From contig OZ245043.1 in assembly GCA_965224285.1 (NCBI GenBank), positions 4,323,909 to 4,387,908 of the forward strand: 64,000 nt of DNA, given 5' to 3'. Below are positions 28,478-39,900 of the stretch, one piece after another. Under the pieces are notes generated by a model, which ran no database searches, was not told the DNA's origin, and saw only the letters and a program-made list of their open reading frames with translations. Each line of letters starts with the position of its first letter. Position 1 is the first letter of the stretch. Source of the stretch: Cyclobacteriaceae bacterium. Lineage in GTDB: Bacteria; Bacteroidota; Bacteroidia; Cytophagales; Cyclobacteriaceae. A program made the position numbers and the translations under genes.

Positions 28478-29779
28478 TTACAGGGAATTGTTTGTATTAA
28501 TGGCCAGGTCACGGCCGATGTCCTTTCGGTAATAGGCTCCTGGCCAACTGATGTTTTCAGCCAGGTGATAACTGGAAGCCAAAGCCGCTTCCATATCTTC
28601 GCCCAAGCCTGTAAGCGCTAACACCCGGCCACCATTGGTAAGTACCCCGCGTGCTTCCCTTTTGGTTCCGGAATGAAATACTATACCCGAAGATTGAGAT
28701 CTGGAAAGGCCTTCAATCAGATGCCCTTTTTGATAACTTCCCGGATATCCCTCAGATACCATAACTACAGTACTGGCCGCGGCTGAGGTAAATTCCAGTT
28801 TCGATTGAGCCAGATCTCCGGAAGCGCAGGCCAGCAGAGGTTCCATTAAATCCGATTGGATGCGGGGCAATACCGCTTGTGTTTCAGGGTCGCCCATACG
28901 TACATTATACTCGATTACTATTGGTTCTCCCTCAACGTTGATCAGCCCAAAAAATATAAAACCGCGGTATTTGAGGCCCTCGGCTCTCATTCCGGATAAA
29001 GTTGGTGTTATTATCCGTTCTTCCACTTTCTCCATAAACTTATCATCTGCAAAATCTACAGGAGACACCGCTCCCATGCCCCCGGTATTAGGGCCTTGGT
29101 CCATGTCTCCGATCCGTTTATAATCCTTGGCAGAAGGCAGAAGTAAATAGTTGTGGCTATCAGTTAAAATAAATACGCTCAATTCAATACCGGTTAAGAA
29201 TTCTTCAACTACCACCTTTGAACTGGCTTGGCCAAATTTGCTGTCTACCAGCATTTCTTTCAGAATATTAGAAGCATCCTTAAGATTCTCGCAAATAATC
29301 ACCCCTTTACCGGCAGCCAGGCCATCTGCTTTAAGCACCACTGGAAAGCGCTGTCTTTTAAGATAGTCCAAACCAGAATCCAATTCTGCCACTGTAAAGC
29401 TGCGATATTTTGCTGTGGGAATGCCATACCTGGTCATAAATTGCTTGGCAAAATCCTTGCTGCTTTCCAATTGTGCTGAGGCCTTGTCCGGGCCAACCAA
29501 CGCTACATTTTGCAATGATGGTTGAGATTGAAAATAGTCGCTTATCCCCAGAGCCAGGGGTTCTTCAGGCCCTATTACCACCAACTCAATACCTTTTTGC
29601 TTAACCAACTGCTCAATGGCGGGGAAATCTTTTATATCAACAGGACAATTTTCACCTTCTAAGGCAGTTCCGGCATTTCCGGGAGCAATGAAAATTTCAT
29701 CACAAAGAGGGCTCTGTTTTATTTTCCAGGCTAGAGCATGTTCCCTTCCACCTGATCCCAAAATCAATACCTTCATCAT
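28478..29779 (-). CDS. purD: Phosphoribosylamine--glycine ligase
   Basis: MKVLILGSGGREHALAWKI N-terminus, an ATP-grasp core and EYNVRMGDPETQ. Confidence 0.93.
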   Translation of the reverse strand: MMKVLILGSGGREHALAWKIKQSPLCDEIFIAPGNAGTALEGENCPVDIKDFPAIEQLVKQKGIELVVIGPEEPLALGISDYFQSQPSLQNVALVGPDKASAQLESSKDFAKQFMTRYGIPTAKYRSFTVAELDSGLDYLKRQRFPVVLKADGLAAGKGVIICENLKDASNILKEMLVDSKFGQASSKVVVEEFLTGIELSVFILTDSHNYLLLPSAKDYKRIGDMDQGPNTGGMGAVSPVDFADDKFMEKVEERIITPTLSGMRAEGLKYRGFIFFGLINVEGEPIVIEYNVRMGDPETQAVLPRIQSDLMEPLLACASGDLAQSKLEFTSAAASTVVMVSEGYPGSYQKGHLIEGLSRSQSSGIVFHSGTKREARGVLTNGGRVLALTGLGEDMEAALASSYHLAENISWPGAYYRKDIGRDLAINTNNSL

Positions 29780-29799
29780 AAATCGAATTGAGAGACTAG

Positions 29800-31992
29800 C
29801 TAATTAGCGTATTCTGACATGAATTTAATGCGCATGAGCCGTAGTTCTTCTTCGGAGTAGTCCTCCTCCTGCAGCTCCTGCATGGCAGCCGAAATGCTAT
29901 CGGTGTCTGCATTCATAAAATAATCATATAGATCATCCTGCCGATCGTGATCCATAATTTGCTCGATATAATAATCCAGGTTCAGCTTGGTCCCTGAATA
30001 GCAAATTTGTTCAATCTCTCCTACTAACTCCTCCATCTTGAGATTTTTAGATTCAGCAATCTCCTCCAAATCTACTTTTCGGTCAATTTGCTGAATGATG
30101 AATATTTTATTTTTGGATTTGTTCACGGCAGACTTAATTACCACTTCTGCCGCAGTAGTGATGTCGTTCTCCTCCACATACTTCTTGATGGCATCTATAA
30201 AGGGCTGTCCGAATTTGATGACCTTCCCTCTTCCTACACCATTGATTTGGGCCAATTCTTCCCTGGTAGTGGGGTATATAATTGACATTTCTTCCAATGA
30301 CGGGTCCTGAAAGATTACGTAAGGCGGGAGGTCCTTTTGTCGGGCGATTTTCTTTCTGAGGCCTTTTAAAAGCTCAAACAGGCTTTCATCGTAAGAGTTA
30401 CCTTGAAAAGAACCGTTATCACTGCCAGTGGATTCTTCCACCACTCCATAGTCGTGGTCTTTGGACAGGATGATGGAATCTGGTGACTTTAAGAACTCGC
30501 GTCCTTTGTCAGTCAGTTTCAGTACTCCAACCTGCTCAATATCCTTTTGTAATAACTCATTTAGCAGACTCTGCCTCAGTATAGAAGACCAGAATTCATC
30601 GCTCTCTGATTTTCCCTGTCCGTACACCGGCAATTCATGGTGTCGGTAGCTTTGTATATATTGATTATTCGAGCCGATTATAACCTTAGATAGGTGGCCA
30701 ATACCAAATCTTTCTTCGGTCAGTTCTACAGTTTTCAGTGCCGTAATAACATACTCTTTTCCTTCAAATTTTTCTTTGGGATAACGGCAATTGTCACACC
30801 ACATGGTCTTACCACAGTGATCGTTTACATAGGTTTCTCCAAAATAATGCAGCAGCTGTTGACGGCGGCAAACCGAGGATTCTGCATAGGATGCCATTTC
30901 TTCCAATAGGATCTTGGCATTCTCTCGTTCCGTGACCGGTTTGTCCTTATTAAACTTTTCTAGTTTGATAATATCTTTATAGCTGTAAAACATCAGGCAA
31001 TTTCCCTCCAATCCATCTCTTCCTGCCCGTCCGGTCTCCTGGTAGTAACCCTCCAGTGATTTGGGAGTGTCATAATGAACCACAAACCGCACATCAGGTT
31101 TGTCGATACCCATTCCAAAGGCTATGGTCGCCACAATGACATCTACGTCTTCGTTCAAAAAATCGTCCTGGTTCTTAACTCTTACAGCTGCCTCCAGTCC
31201 CGCGTGATAGGGTGCTGCTTTGATATCGTTTACATTGAGAAGTTCAGCGATCTCCTCTACCTTTTTACGGGAGAGACAATATACGATCCCGGACTTACCC
31301 TGATGAGATTTGATAAATTTTATTAATTGTTTCTTGATATCTTGTTTAGACCGGACTTCGTAATATAAATTTTGACGATTAAAGGAGGACTTAAACACAT
31401 CGGCCTCTTCCATCTGTAGATTTCTTTGTATATCCAGTTGCACTTTGGGGGTAGCCGTGGCAGTGAGCGCGATGATGGGCAGGTTGCCCAGTTGCTCCAA
31501 TATACTTTTAAGTTTGCGATATTCGGGACGGAAATCATGCCCCCATTCCGAGATGCAATGAGCTTCATCGATAGCGGCGAAACTGACAGTAGACTGTTTG
31601 AGAAAATTAATATTCTCTTCCTTGGTCAGGGATTCAGGAGCCACATAAAGCAATTTGACTAGCCCGGTCTGAGTTTCTTGTTTAACCCGGTTGATCTCGG
31701 ATTTGCTTAAGGTGGAATTTAAGAATTGAGCGTTTATGCCCAGTGCATTTAATTGGTCTACCTGGTTTTTCATCAAGGCGATCAGGGGTGAGATCACTAT
31801 TGCCGTGCCCTCCTGCATGATGGCCGGCAACTGATAGCACAATGACTTACCGGCGCCGGTGGGCATGATTACGAAGGTGCTTTGGCCTGAAAGTATATTT
31901 TTTATAATTTCTTCCTGGTTGCCCCGGAATTGCCCGTACCCAAATACTTCTTTTAGTTTTTCCCGTAATTGGTCTTTTTGTTCAATCAACAT
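29800..31992 (-). CDS. recQ: ATP-dependent DNA helicase RecQ
   Basis: MPTGAGKSLCYQLP, DEAHCISEWGHDFRPEY, a Zn-binding Cys cluster and a C-terminal HRDC domain. Confidence 0.93.
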   Translation of the reverse strand: MLIEQKDQLREKLKEVFGYGQFRGNQEEIIKNILSGQSTFVIMPTGAGKSLCYQLPAIMQEGTAIVISPLIALMKNQVDQLNALGINAQFLNSTLSKSEINRVKQETQTGLVKLLYVAPESLTKEENINFLKQSTVSFAAIDEAHCISEWGHDFRPEYRKLKSILEQLGNLPIIALTATATPKVQLDIQRNLQMEEADVFKSSFNRQNLYYEVRSKQDIKKQLIKFIKSHQGKSGIVYCLSRKKVEEIAELLNVNDIKAAPYHAGLEAAVRVKNQDDFLNEDVDVIVATIAFGMGIDKPDVRFVVHYDTPKSLEGYYQETGRAGRDGLEGNCLMFYSYKDIIKLEKFNKDKPVTERENAKILLEEMASYAESSVCRRQQLLHYFGETYVNDHCGKTMWCDNCRYPKEKFEGKEYVITALKTVELTEERFGIGHLSKVIIGSNNQYIQSYRHHELPVYGQGKSESDEFWSSILRQSLLNELLQKDIEQVGVLKLTDKGREFLKSPDSIILSKDHDYGVVEESTGSDNGSFQGNSYDESLFELLKGLRKKIARQKDLPPYVIFQDPSLEEMSIIYPTTREELAQINGVGRGKVIKFGQPFIDAIKKYVEENDITTAAEVVIKSAVNKSKNKIFIIQQIDRKVDLEEIAESKNLKMEELVGEIEQICYSGTKLNLDYYIEQIMDHDRQDDLYDYFMNADTDSISAAMQELQEEDYSEEELRLMRIKFMSEYAN

Positions 31993-32019
31993 AACTTACG
32001 ACCCAGTTGATTCATTAAA

Positions 32020-33030
32020 TTGCTTATCTTTAGGCAAACCAAATTTTACTTTAATCCCAATTTGAATTTAGTAAAAAATATCAAAGAAATCGCTAAAAAT
32101 GTGCTCATAAATGAAGCGCATGCCATACTGGATTCAGGGGAATTATTAGACGACGGATTCACCAGCGCTGTGGAAGCCATTCTTAGCTGCAAAGGCCGGG
32201 TAATCATAAGTGGGATTGGAAAAAGTGCTATCATTGCCAGTAAGATCGCGGCAACTTTCAATTCAACAGGAACTCCCGCGATCTTTATGCATGCCGCTGA
32301 TGCCATCCATGGTGATTTGGGCATGATCCAAAAGGAGGACATTGTGATAATCCTTTCCAAAAGCGGTAATACCCCTGAAATCAAAGTGCTAATTCCTCTG
32401 GTAAAAAGATTGGGTTCTAAAATTGTAGGTTTAGTCAGTCAAGTTCCCTCCGAGTTGTCAAATCAGGCTGATTTTGTGATCAACGCTACCATAAAGGAGG
32501 AGGCATGCCCTCACAATCTGGCTCCTACCACCAGTACCACCCTGCATTTGGCGTTAGGGGATGCCTTGGCGGTTTGCCTATTGGAATCAAGGGGATTCAG
32601 CAGCCATGATTTTGCCAAATACCACCCAGGAGGCTCCTTGGGCAAAAGAATGTATCTGAAAGTTGGTGATATCTTTCCGTCTAATGAATGTCCGGTAGTA
32701 TTTTTGGGTGCTACCGTTTCTCAAACCATAATCGAAATGACCTCTAAAAGATTAGGGGCTACGGCTGTAGTCAATGATGACGGGGCATTGCAAGGAATTA
32801 TAACTGACGGGGACCTAAGGCGGATGTTGAGCCATACCGAAAATATTTCCGGGATTCGAGCAGAAGATATCATGTCCCCCCAACCTCGTACTATCACCCC
32901 TGACGCCTATGCAGTAGAGGCTCTTTCGGTTATGCAAAATCATAATATCACCCAATTGATTGTTGTTGACCAAGACCGGGTCAAGGGTTTTATTCATCTG
33001 CATGATCTACTTAGGGAAGGAATTCTATGA
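32020..33030 (+). CDS. KpsF/GutQ-family arabinose-5-phosphate isomerase (SIS + tandem CBS)
   Basis: SIS motif GIGKSAIIASKIAATFNSTGTPA and C-terminal CBS pairs. The start is uncertain: TTG at 32020, or TTG at 32062 giving MNLVKNIKEIAK.... Confidence 0.85.
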   Translation: MLIFRQTKFYFNPNLNLVKNIKEIAKNVLINEAHAILDSGELLDDGFTSAVEAILSCKGRVIISGIGKSAIIASKIAATFNSTGTPAIFMHAADAIHGDLGMIQKEDIVIILSKSGNTPEIKVLIPLVKRLGSKIVGLVSQVPSELSNQADFVINATIKEEACPHNLAPTTSTTLHLALGDALAVCLLESRGFSSHDFAKYHPGGSLGKRMYLKVGDIFPSNECPVVFLGATVSQTIIEMTSKRLGATAVVNDDGALQGIITDGDLRRMLSHTENISGIRAEDIMSPQPRTITPDAYAVEALSVMQNHNITQLIVVDQDRVKGFIHLHDLLREGIL

Positions 33031-34106
33031 AAAAGGAAAATACATTTGCAGTTATCATGGCAGGAGGTGTAGGCAGCAGGTTTTGGCCTTATAGCCGTGC
33101 CTATAACCCCAAGCAGTTTTTGGATGTGCTGGGGACTGGACAGTCTCTTATTCAGATGACCCATGACCGGTTCCTAAACTTCATTCCGGAACAGAATATT
33201 TACGTAGTGACCAATGAAAACTATCTCCAATTGGTAAAAGAACAGCTGCCGGGGCTTGAGGAACATCAAATTTTAGTGGAACCAGTGGGCAGGAATACCG
33301 CACCTTGTATAGCTTATGCCAGCTATAAGATAGGGTCCAGGTTCCCTGAAGCCACCATAATTGTTAGTCCCTCTGATCACGCCGTTTTTAAGGAAAAGCA
33401 ATTTGCGGAGGTGATTGCCACAGCGGTAGAGGCTGCAGAAGAAAGTGATAGAATCATAACTATTGGTATCAAACCCAATCGTCCGGAAACTGCTTACGGT
33501 TATATTCAGTTCCTGCCCGACACTGGCGAGAAGGTAAAGCAAGTCAAGACTTTTACTGAAAAACCAGAGGCAGAATTAGCCACTAAGTTCTTGGAAAGTG
33601 GTGATTTTGTGTGGAACTCCGGCATATTTATCTGGAGTGCCAGCACCATTCAGGCCGCCTTCGAGAAGTTTTTGCCAGATATAGCGGAAATATTTGAGGA
33701 CAAAGCTATTCCATATTACCAAACTGAGGAGAAACCTGCAATTCGCGATGCTTACTATCAGTGCCGAAATATTTCTATTGATTACGGTGTTATGGAGAAA
33801 GCTTCCAATGTCCACATGGTTATGGGCGATTTTGGATGGTCCGACATGGGCTCATGGGCAACCTTACACGACATCAAGAAAAAAGATCAGGATCAGAATG
33901 TTTTGGAGGCCAAGGTTATGGCCTATGACACCCGTAACAGCATTGTTAAAGGCCCGGAAGATAAGTTGATCGTGGTACAGGGACTTGACGGATATCTGGT
34001 GGCAGATATTGATAACGTACTGCTGATCTGCCGGAAGGACGATGAGAGGCAGTTCAGAAAATTTTACAAGGATGTAAAATTTAAAAGATTAGCCGAATAT
34101 CTTTAG
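33027..34106 (+). CDS. Mannose-1-phosphate guanylyltransferase (nucleotidyltransferase only, no isomerase domain)
   Basis: AVIMAGGVGSRFWPYSR signature; 359 aa. The ATG overlaps the upstream stop (ATGA). Confidence 0.85.
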   Translation: MKKENTFAVIMAGGVGSRFWPYSRAYNPKQFLDVLGTGQSLIQMTHDRFLNFIPEQNIYVVTNENYLQLVKEQLPGLEEHQILVEPVGRNTAPCIAYASYKIGSRFPEATIIVSPSDHAVFKEKQFAEVIATAVEAAEESDRIITIGIKPNRPETAYGYIQFLPDTGEKVKQVKTFTEKPEAELATKFLESGDFVWNSGIFIWSASTIQAAFEKFLPDIAEIFEDKAIPYYQTEEKPAIRDAYYQCRNISIDYGVMEKASNVHMVMGDFGWSDMGSWATLHDIKKKDQDQNVLEAKVMAYDTRNSIVKGPEDKLIVVQGLDGYLVADIDNVLLICRKDDERQFRKFYKDVKFKRLAEYL

Positions 34107-34858
34107 CCAAATTGGGATCTCTGCCTTACACACTCGAACAGGCCGATAGCCGCTGCCACTGAGACATTTAAAGAGGCGATATTGCCTTTCATAGGGATTT
34201 TTACCAGCTTATCGCTGATCTTCAATAACCGTATTCCGATCCCATTCTCTTCCGATCCCAGAACTAAAGCAGTTGGCAAATTGAGATCACATTGGTAGAT
34301 GGTATCTGGGCTTTTCTCCGTGCAGGCTACAATTTGCAGGCCTTGTTGCTGTAGGTCAATCAGACAGGCAGATAGATCTGGTACCCTGCATACGGGAATA
34401 TAGTTTAAAGCGCCAGCAGAAGTTTTCAAGGCATCCTCTGTAATTTGTGCCTGTCCTTTTTCTCCGATAATCAGCGCATGGGCCCCCGCAGCATCGGCTG
34501 TACGCGCGATGGCCCCAAAGTTTCTGACGTCGGTTACCCGGTCCAGCACTACTATCAAAGGAGCTTCCCCCTTCGCATAAGCTTGGCTGATCACATGATC
34601 CAGGGAATAGTAAGATATAGCGGAAAGTAAACCCACCACCCCCTGATGATTCTTATTTCCCAGACGCTTCAGTTTTTGTATGGGTACTCTCTGTACTGGG
34701 ATTTTGTGGCGAGCAGCCACCTCTAATAGTTCCCTTACCAATTGATTATTAAGGCTTTTTAAAACCAAGATCTTATCAACATCCTGGTCGGAATGAATGC
34801 TTTCAAGCACTGCCCTGGTGCCATATACCAGGTTTTTGTTTTTTTTTGAACGGTTCAT
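34103..34858 (-). CDS. rlmB: 23S rRNA 2'-O-ribose methyltransferase, SpoU/TrmH family (RlmB-like)
   Basis: SpoU motifs NFGAIARTA, LVLGSEENGI and SLNVSVAA. Start set to ATG 34858, which overlaps the upstream TGA by 1 nt (TGATG). Confidence 0.8.
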   Translation of the reverse strand: MNRSKKNKNLVYGTRAVLESIHSDQDVDKILVLKSLNNQLVRELLEVAARHKIPVQRVPIQKLKRLGNKNHQGVVGLLSAISYYSLDHVISQAYAKGEAPLIVVLDRVTDVRNFGAIARTADAAGAHALIIGEKGQAQITEDALKTSAGALNYIPVCRVPDLSACLIDLQQQGLQIVACTEKSPDTIYQCDLNLPTALVLGSEENGIGIRLLKISDKLVKIPMKGNIASLNVSVAAAIGLFECVRQRSQFG

Positions 34859-36078
34859 CAAAATCCGATTAATCCTTTTCGCCAACGGTCAATGGCCAGG
34901 AACCAAGGCCGATCGAGTTCCTCTTGTCGATCCAGCTCATAGTGATTGTCGGAAAAAATATTAGGGATTTTCTTGAAAACGAAAGTGATAGGTGGGCTGG
35001 GTGGCCTTTGGTATTCCCAAATCTCTCTGTTTCCATCTTTAGTTACTAACATTGGCTGGCCCATGATGGTGTAGATCATTCCTCGATCGGTTTTCCAACC
35101 TTCTTTGTAACTGGTAAAGTAGCGATTGGCAGACTCCACCCGCTGATAGAATCTTTTAATGGAGTTACGTGCTTTGTTGGGGTCCTGCAGAGTAGAAAGC
35201 CAAAACTTATCCAGTGTTTTTTTGTTTTCCGGATCAGTCAGAATGTTTTGAAATTCCTCTTGGGTAGTGAGATAAATTAAGGGAGACGTCAGCTCTTCTA
35301 TGCGGGTAGGTTTAGGGTAGCTGCCATTTCCAGCATAAAAGGACTGACCTTCATTTCCGGTAGTATCAATTTGCACGAAATACAGCCCCGCTTTGGGTAT
35401 GGTCATAGAGTATCCTACCGGTGATTTCCAAATACTATCGATCTTTAATGTAGACGAACTTCCCGGGTTACCTAGCGACATAGGTGGCCGGGATGGGGTG
35501 AAGTCATGGGAATAGTAGTAGATATAAGCACTATCGGCATCATCCGCATCTATAATGATTTGATCACCGGCTAATAGAAATGGATTGATCACTGGCAAAT
35601 CCCCGCTAGGCTGCATCAGAGTAATGCCTCCATTTGCATGTATGGCGGAAGGGACGATGGATTCCACAAAGGTCCATATCCGGGGCCGGAGATGTATTTC
35701 CAGGATTATTTTATCCGGCAATTTGGAGTACGGAAAGCCCCAACGGAAGGTATATTCATTGGTCGATCCATCCGTGAAGGCCTGGTAAGGATGAAGTGGT
35801 TCAGTAGTAAGAGATTCTCCTGGACCGGCAACTCTGGCTTCAATTAACAATGAATCTTTAGGTTTATTGAGAAAATCGAGCTGGGCGTAAACCCATAGAG
35901 AGTCTTCCCTGTGCAGCTGCTTAAAAATACATTCAACCACTCCACCAGAAAGATAGAGGTCAGAGGAGTTGTAATAATTATCCTGGGCAGTTGAAGCTTG
36001 AACCATAAGCAGTCCGATAACTTTAAGTATTAGCATTCGAAGGATGCTAATTTTGGCGCCAAATAGGGATAAAGTCAT
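34858..36078 (-). CDS. GWxTD domain-containing secreted protein
   Basis: Signal peptide ...LLMVQASTAQ and a C-terminal YKEGWKTDRGMIYTIMGQP...EIWEY signature. Confidence 0.8.
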   Translation of the reverse strand: MTLSLFGAKISILRMLILKVIGLLMVQASTAQDNYYNSSDLYLSGGVVECIFKQLHREDSLWVYAQLDFLNKPKDSLLIEARVAGPGESLTTEPLHPYQAFTDGSTNEYTFRWGFPYSKLPDKIILEIHLRPRIWTFVESIVPSAIHANGGITLMQPSGDLPVINPFLLAGDQIIIDADDADSAYIYYYSHDFTPSRPPMSLGNPGSSSTLKIDSIWKSPVGYSMTIPKAGLYFVQIDTTGNEGQSFYAGNGSYPKPTRIEELTSPLIYLTTQEEFQNILTDPENKKTLDKFWLSTLQDPNKARNSIKRFYQRVESANRYFTSYKEGWKTDRGMIYTIMGQPMLVTKDGNREIWEYQRPPSPPITFVFKKIPNIFSDNHYELDRQEELDRPWFLAIDRWRKGLIGF

Positions 36079-36174
36079 CTTTTAATATTAATCATTTTGC
36101 TCCATAATTGCATTGACAGGCCCTGCTTACTTTTAAAATTAAAAACCTAACTTTAGGCCTTAATTGTGAGAATT

Positions 36175-36948
36175 ATGGCCACTTACACCACTGAGATCAC
36201 CAGTGACACCTTAACATCGGATAACCCTATCCACCAGAGGCTGATAAAAGCCTACTACCTGGCTTTGCCTCGGGTTAATGGTGATCTATTAGAAGTGGGC
36301 TGCGGAACCGGTCGGGGTATGGCATTATTGCACCCGGCATGCCAGCGATACGTGGCGGTTGATAAAATTGGTTCGGTGCTGGAAGCACTGAGTCTTCAAT
36401 TTCCCACAGTGGAATTTCAACAAATGAATCTACCTCCCCTGGAGGGTATTGAATCAAATGCTTTTGACAGGGTAGTAAGTTTTCAAGTCATCGAGCATAT
36501 TAGGGAGGATCGTTGGTTTTTACAGGAGATAAGGCGGGTATTAAAACCAGGTGGACTGGCTTTTTTGAGTACTCCTAATTCCGCTATGAGCTTAACCCGA
36601 AACCCCTGGCATATTCGTGAGTATCTGCCCTATGAACTGCAGGAATTAGCGGCTTCCATATTTTCCCGGGTGGAAGTTCACGGAATAACCGGGAATAATA
36701 AGGTCATGCGGTATTATCAACAGAATAAAGAGGCCGTGCAGCGGATCACCAGATTTGACGTTTTAAATCTACAACATCGCCTGCCAGCATGGATGTTAAA
36801 GATCCCTTACGATCTTTTAAATAGAGTAAACCGGAACAGTCTAAAAAAATCAGATAAGCAACTGGTGACCGAAATAACCCATGATGATTATCTTCTGACC
36901 GATGAGGTGACCAGCGCGTTGGACCTCTACTGTATTTGTACTAAATAA
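36175..36948 (+). CDS. Class I SAM-dependent methyltransferase
   Basis: Motif I LLEVGCGTGRG and post-I/II segments VLKPGGLAFLSTPN. ATG 36175 is preferred over GTG 36166. Confidence 0.8.
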   Translation: MATYTTEITSDTLTSDNPIHQRLIKAYYLALPRVNGDLLEVGCGTGRGMALLHPACQRYVAVDKIGSVLEALSLQFPTVEFQQMNLPPLEGIESNAFDRVVSFQVIEHIREDRWFLQEIRRVLKPGGLAFLSTPNSAMSLTRNPWHIREYLPYELQELAASIFSRVEVHGITGNNKVMRYYQQNKEAVQRITRFDVLNLQHRLPAWMLKIPYDLLNRVNRNSLKKSDKQLVTEITHDDYLLTDEVTSALDLYCICTK

Positions 36949-36951
36949 GGG

Positions 36952-39900
36952 TTAGTTCTGCAGTATACTATAATGTTGAAGGAATATCTCATCCAACTCC
37001 TGCGCCTCATCCGCTTCACCCATGGCTTTCATAGTATTGCGCAGAATATCCAATATCCTCAGATTGATATAAGTATCTTTATTGGTAATACCTTTTCTGT
37101 TGAGATAGTCTAATTCTTCATCTGCCCTTTGGGTTAAGATATTGGAAACATTCTTGGCTTTCTCTTCTTCCCCCACTTCAAAAAGTAGCCGGACTGATTC
37201 TGCCGAGTAGGGTCCGAAGGGTACCGCCTCATCCGGCATTTTCTCCAGGCTGAGCATTAAGACATCCCGGGCTTTCTGGAGTTTATCTTCTTCGATCAAG
37301 GCTTCAGCCAGATTGTTCAGATAACTGCGATGGACAGAGACCGCCTTATCTTTATAATCCTCCGTATTGTGATATACCCCCGGGTTGTCGAGCCCCCTCC
37401 ATTGGAACTTGTTCATCACATTTTCATACATAACTTCAGAATTGACCCGATTGGTAGTTGGATTAAAGCTTAATTCCGTATCAATACTACCACTTAATGG
37501 GGATTCTTGAGTGTCCATAGGGAGCAGTCGAAAAGTGGCTCCTTCCTGTACCACGTAATCCTGCAGGTCCAGATGTACGTTCATCAATGAAGTCTGGTTA
37601 AAATAAATGGGCCGTTCCCAGTCTGCGGTGGCAATGATATCCAGGATGGCCAAGTCATTTTTGTAGAGGGCATTACCTTTTATAGGAATCACCATTTGAT
37701 TGGTAATAAGGTGCTCTTTCCCTTCGGGAATCACCCCTTTTGCGGCTACTTCCGCAGAATCCACTCTCAAGACCAAAGCTTTGGCTGGCATAACACTGAT
37801 GGAATCGTTGAAAGAGGTAGGTAGACGGAGCAGATCACTCTCCTCGCGAATTAATTTTAGATATTGATCCAGGTCGATGGCCTGGCCTTGAAGCCTGGGG
37901 TCCTCACGTACCAGAATGTAATCATTAGCCCCTCCTTGCTGGTAATTTTTAGGAGTAAGAGATAAAGGCAATGGCTCAGACTCATAGGTTGACCTTCTCA
38001 TTTGATCAATGTACCAATCAGTAGCAAAGTAGGTCAGAACAATGACCCTTACATCCTGTCGCACACCTTCCACTTCCTGGGCGTACCAAAGTGGAAATGT
38101 ATCATTGTCGCCACCGGTAAATAGAATTGCATTGGGGGCACAGGATTCAAGGTAATTTCTGGCTGAGTCTACTGAAAAATACCGGCCGGATCGGTCGTGG
38201 TCATCCCATCCCTGGATAGCCATAATCAATGGCACAATCATGGAGATCGCGGTCGCGGCCAATGGCGCTTTAGTACCTTTCACATATTTTTTCAATGCTT
38301 CAGTTAATGCCATACATCCAAAGCCAATCCATATGGCAAAGGCATAGAAAGAGCCGACATAGATATAGTCCCGTTCGCGGGGCTCAATAGGAGGTGAGTT
38401 CAGGTAAAATATTAAAGCTATTCCCGTAAGAAAGAACAGCATGGCAATAACCCAGAATCCGCGGGGATGCCTGCGATGTTGGAAAAGCATGCCCACCAAC
38501 CCCAAAATAAAAGGCAACATTAAAAAGTTGTTGCGAGCTTTATTTTCAGCATAGCGCTGGGGAATATCCTCAAAAGCTTCCCACGGTCTTAGCCAGGCGG
38601 CATCCTGTTCATCACTCTGGCGTCCGGCAAAGTTCCACATGAAATACCGGAAATACATGTGACCCAACTGATGCTTGAATAAGAAAACCAGATTATCACT
38701 GAAGCTGGGAATTTCACCTTCGCGTAAACCCAGGACTTCCCTATATTTATTGGCATGATTAGGGTCGCCACTGTAGATCCGAGGTAGAATTGTGGTTTGG
38801 TCTTCCTGATAAATATTATTGACCCGATACTGACTTATTTCGTACTCATTGTTACCCTTCACATAGATGGGTTTTCCCTGAGTCTGATCAACCAGGGGTG
38901 CAGTAAAATATTGCCCGTGAAGTAGCGGCCGGTACCCGTATTGCTCTCTTTTAAGGTAGGAGACAATACTCATGATGTCTTCCGGATTATTTTGATCGAT
39001 GGGGGTATCATAGTTAGACCGGATAATAACGATGGTGTAACTTGAGTATCCCACCAGAACAAAAGCCAACGACAGCAAGGCTGTATTCAACACTTTGCGA
39101 CGATGCAGCTGACTCCAATAGATACCATAAATTAATCCTCCGAATAACAGTATGCCCAGAAAGATAATGCCGGACCCAAATGGCAGACCCAAGTTGTTGA
39201 CAAAAAATATCTCAAAGGCTCCACCCAGTGATGGGAGGCCGGTGATTATGCCAACCATAATGGTTATAATGATCAAGCCGCTTATTGCCATGGTAGCCAG
39301 AAAACCCACAGTGCTTGGCTGATGCTTTTTGAAATAATAGATCATGGCCAGGGCAGGGATAGTAACCAAGTTGAGCAAGTGTACCCCAATGGAGAGCCCC
39401 ATCATGTAAGCGATGAGGATCAACCAGCGGTTAGCCCGGCTTTCATCTTCAATCCGCTCCCATTTAAGGATGGCCCAAAATACAAAAGCCGTAAAAAATG
39501 AAGAAAATGCGTATACCTCTGCCTCTCCTGCAGAAAACCAAAATGAATCTGAAAATGTGTAAGCAAGGGCTCCTACAGCACTGGCTCCCAGGATGGTGAA
39601 AGTTTGAGAATCAGTCAGCGCTTCATCTTTTATGCCGATCAATTTTCTTCCCAGCAGGCTGATGCTCCAAAAAAGAAATAGAATGGTGAATCCTGAGCTT
39701 AAAACACTGATCTGATTGATCCAATAGGCTACCTGAGTACCATCTCCGAATGCCAGAAATGAAAACATTCTTCCCATCAACAGGAAGAATGGTGCACCGG
39801 GGGGGTGGGGCACCTGCAGCTTATAGCTCGATGCAATGAATTCACCACAATCCCAGAAACTGGCGGTCTCTTCCACCGTAAACAAATAGACCAAAGTAGC

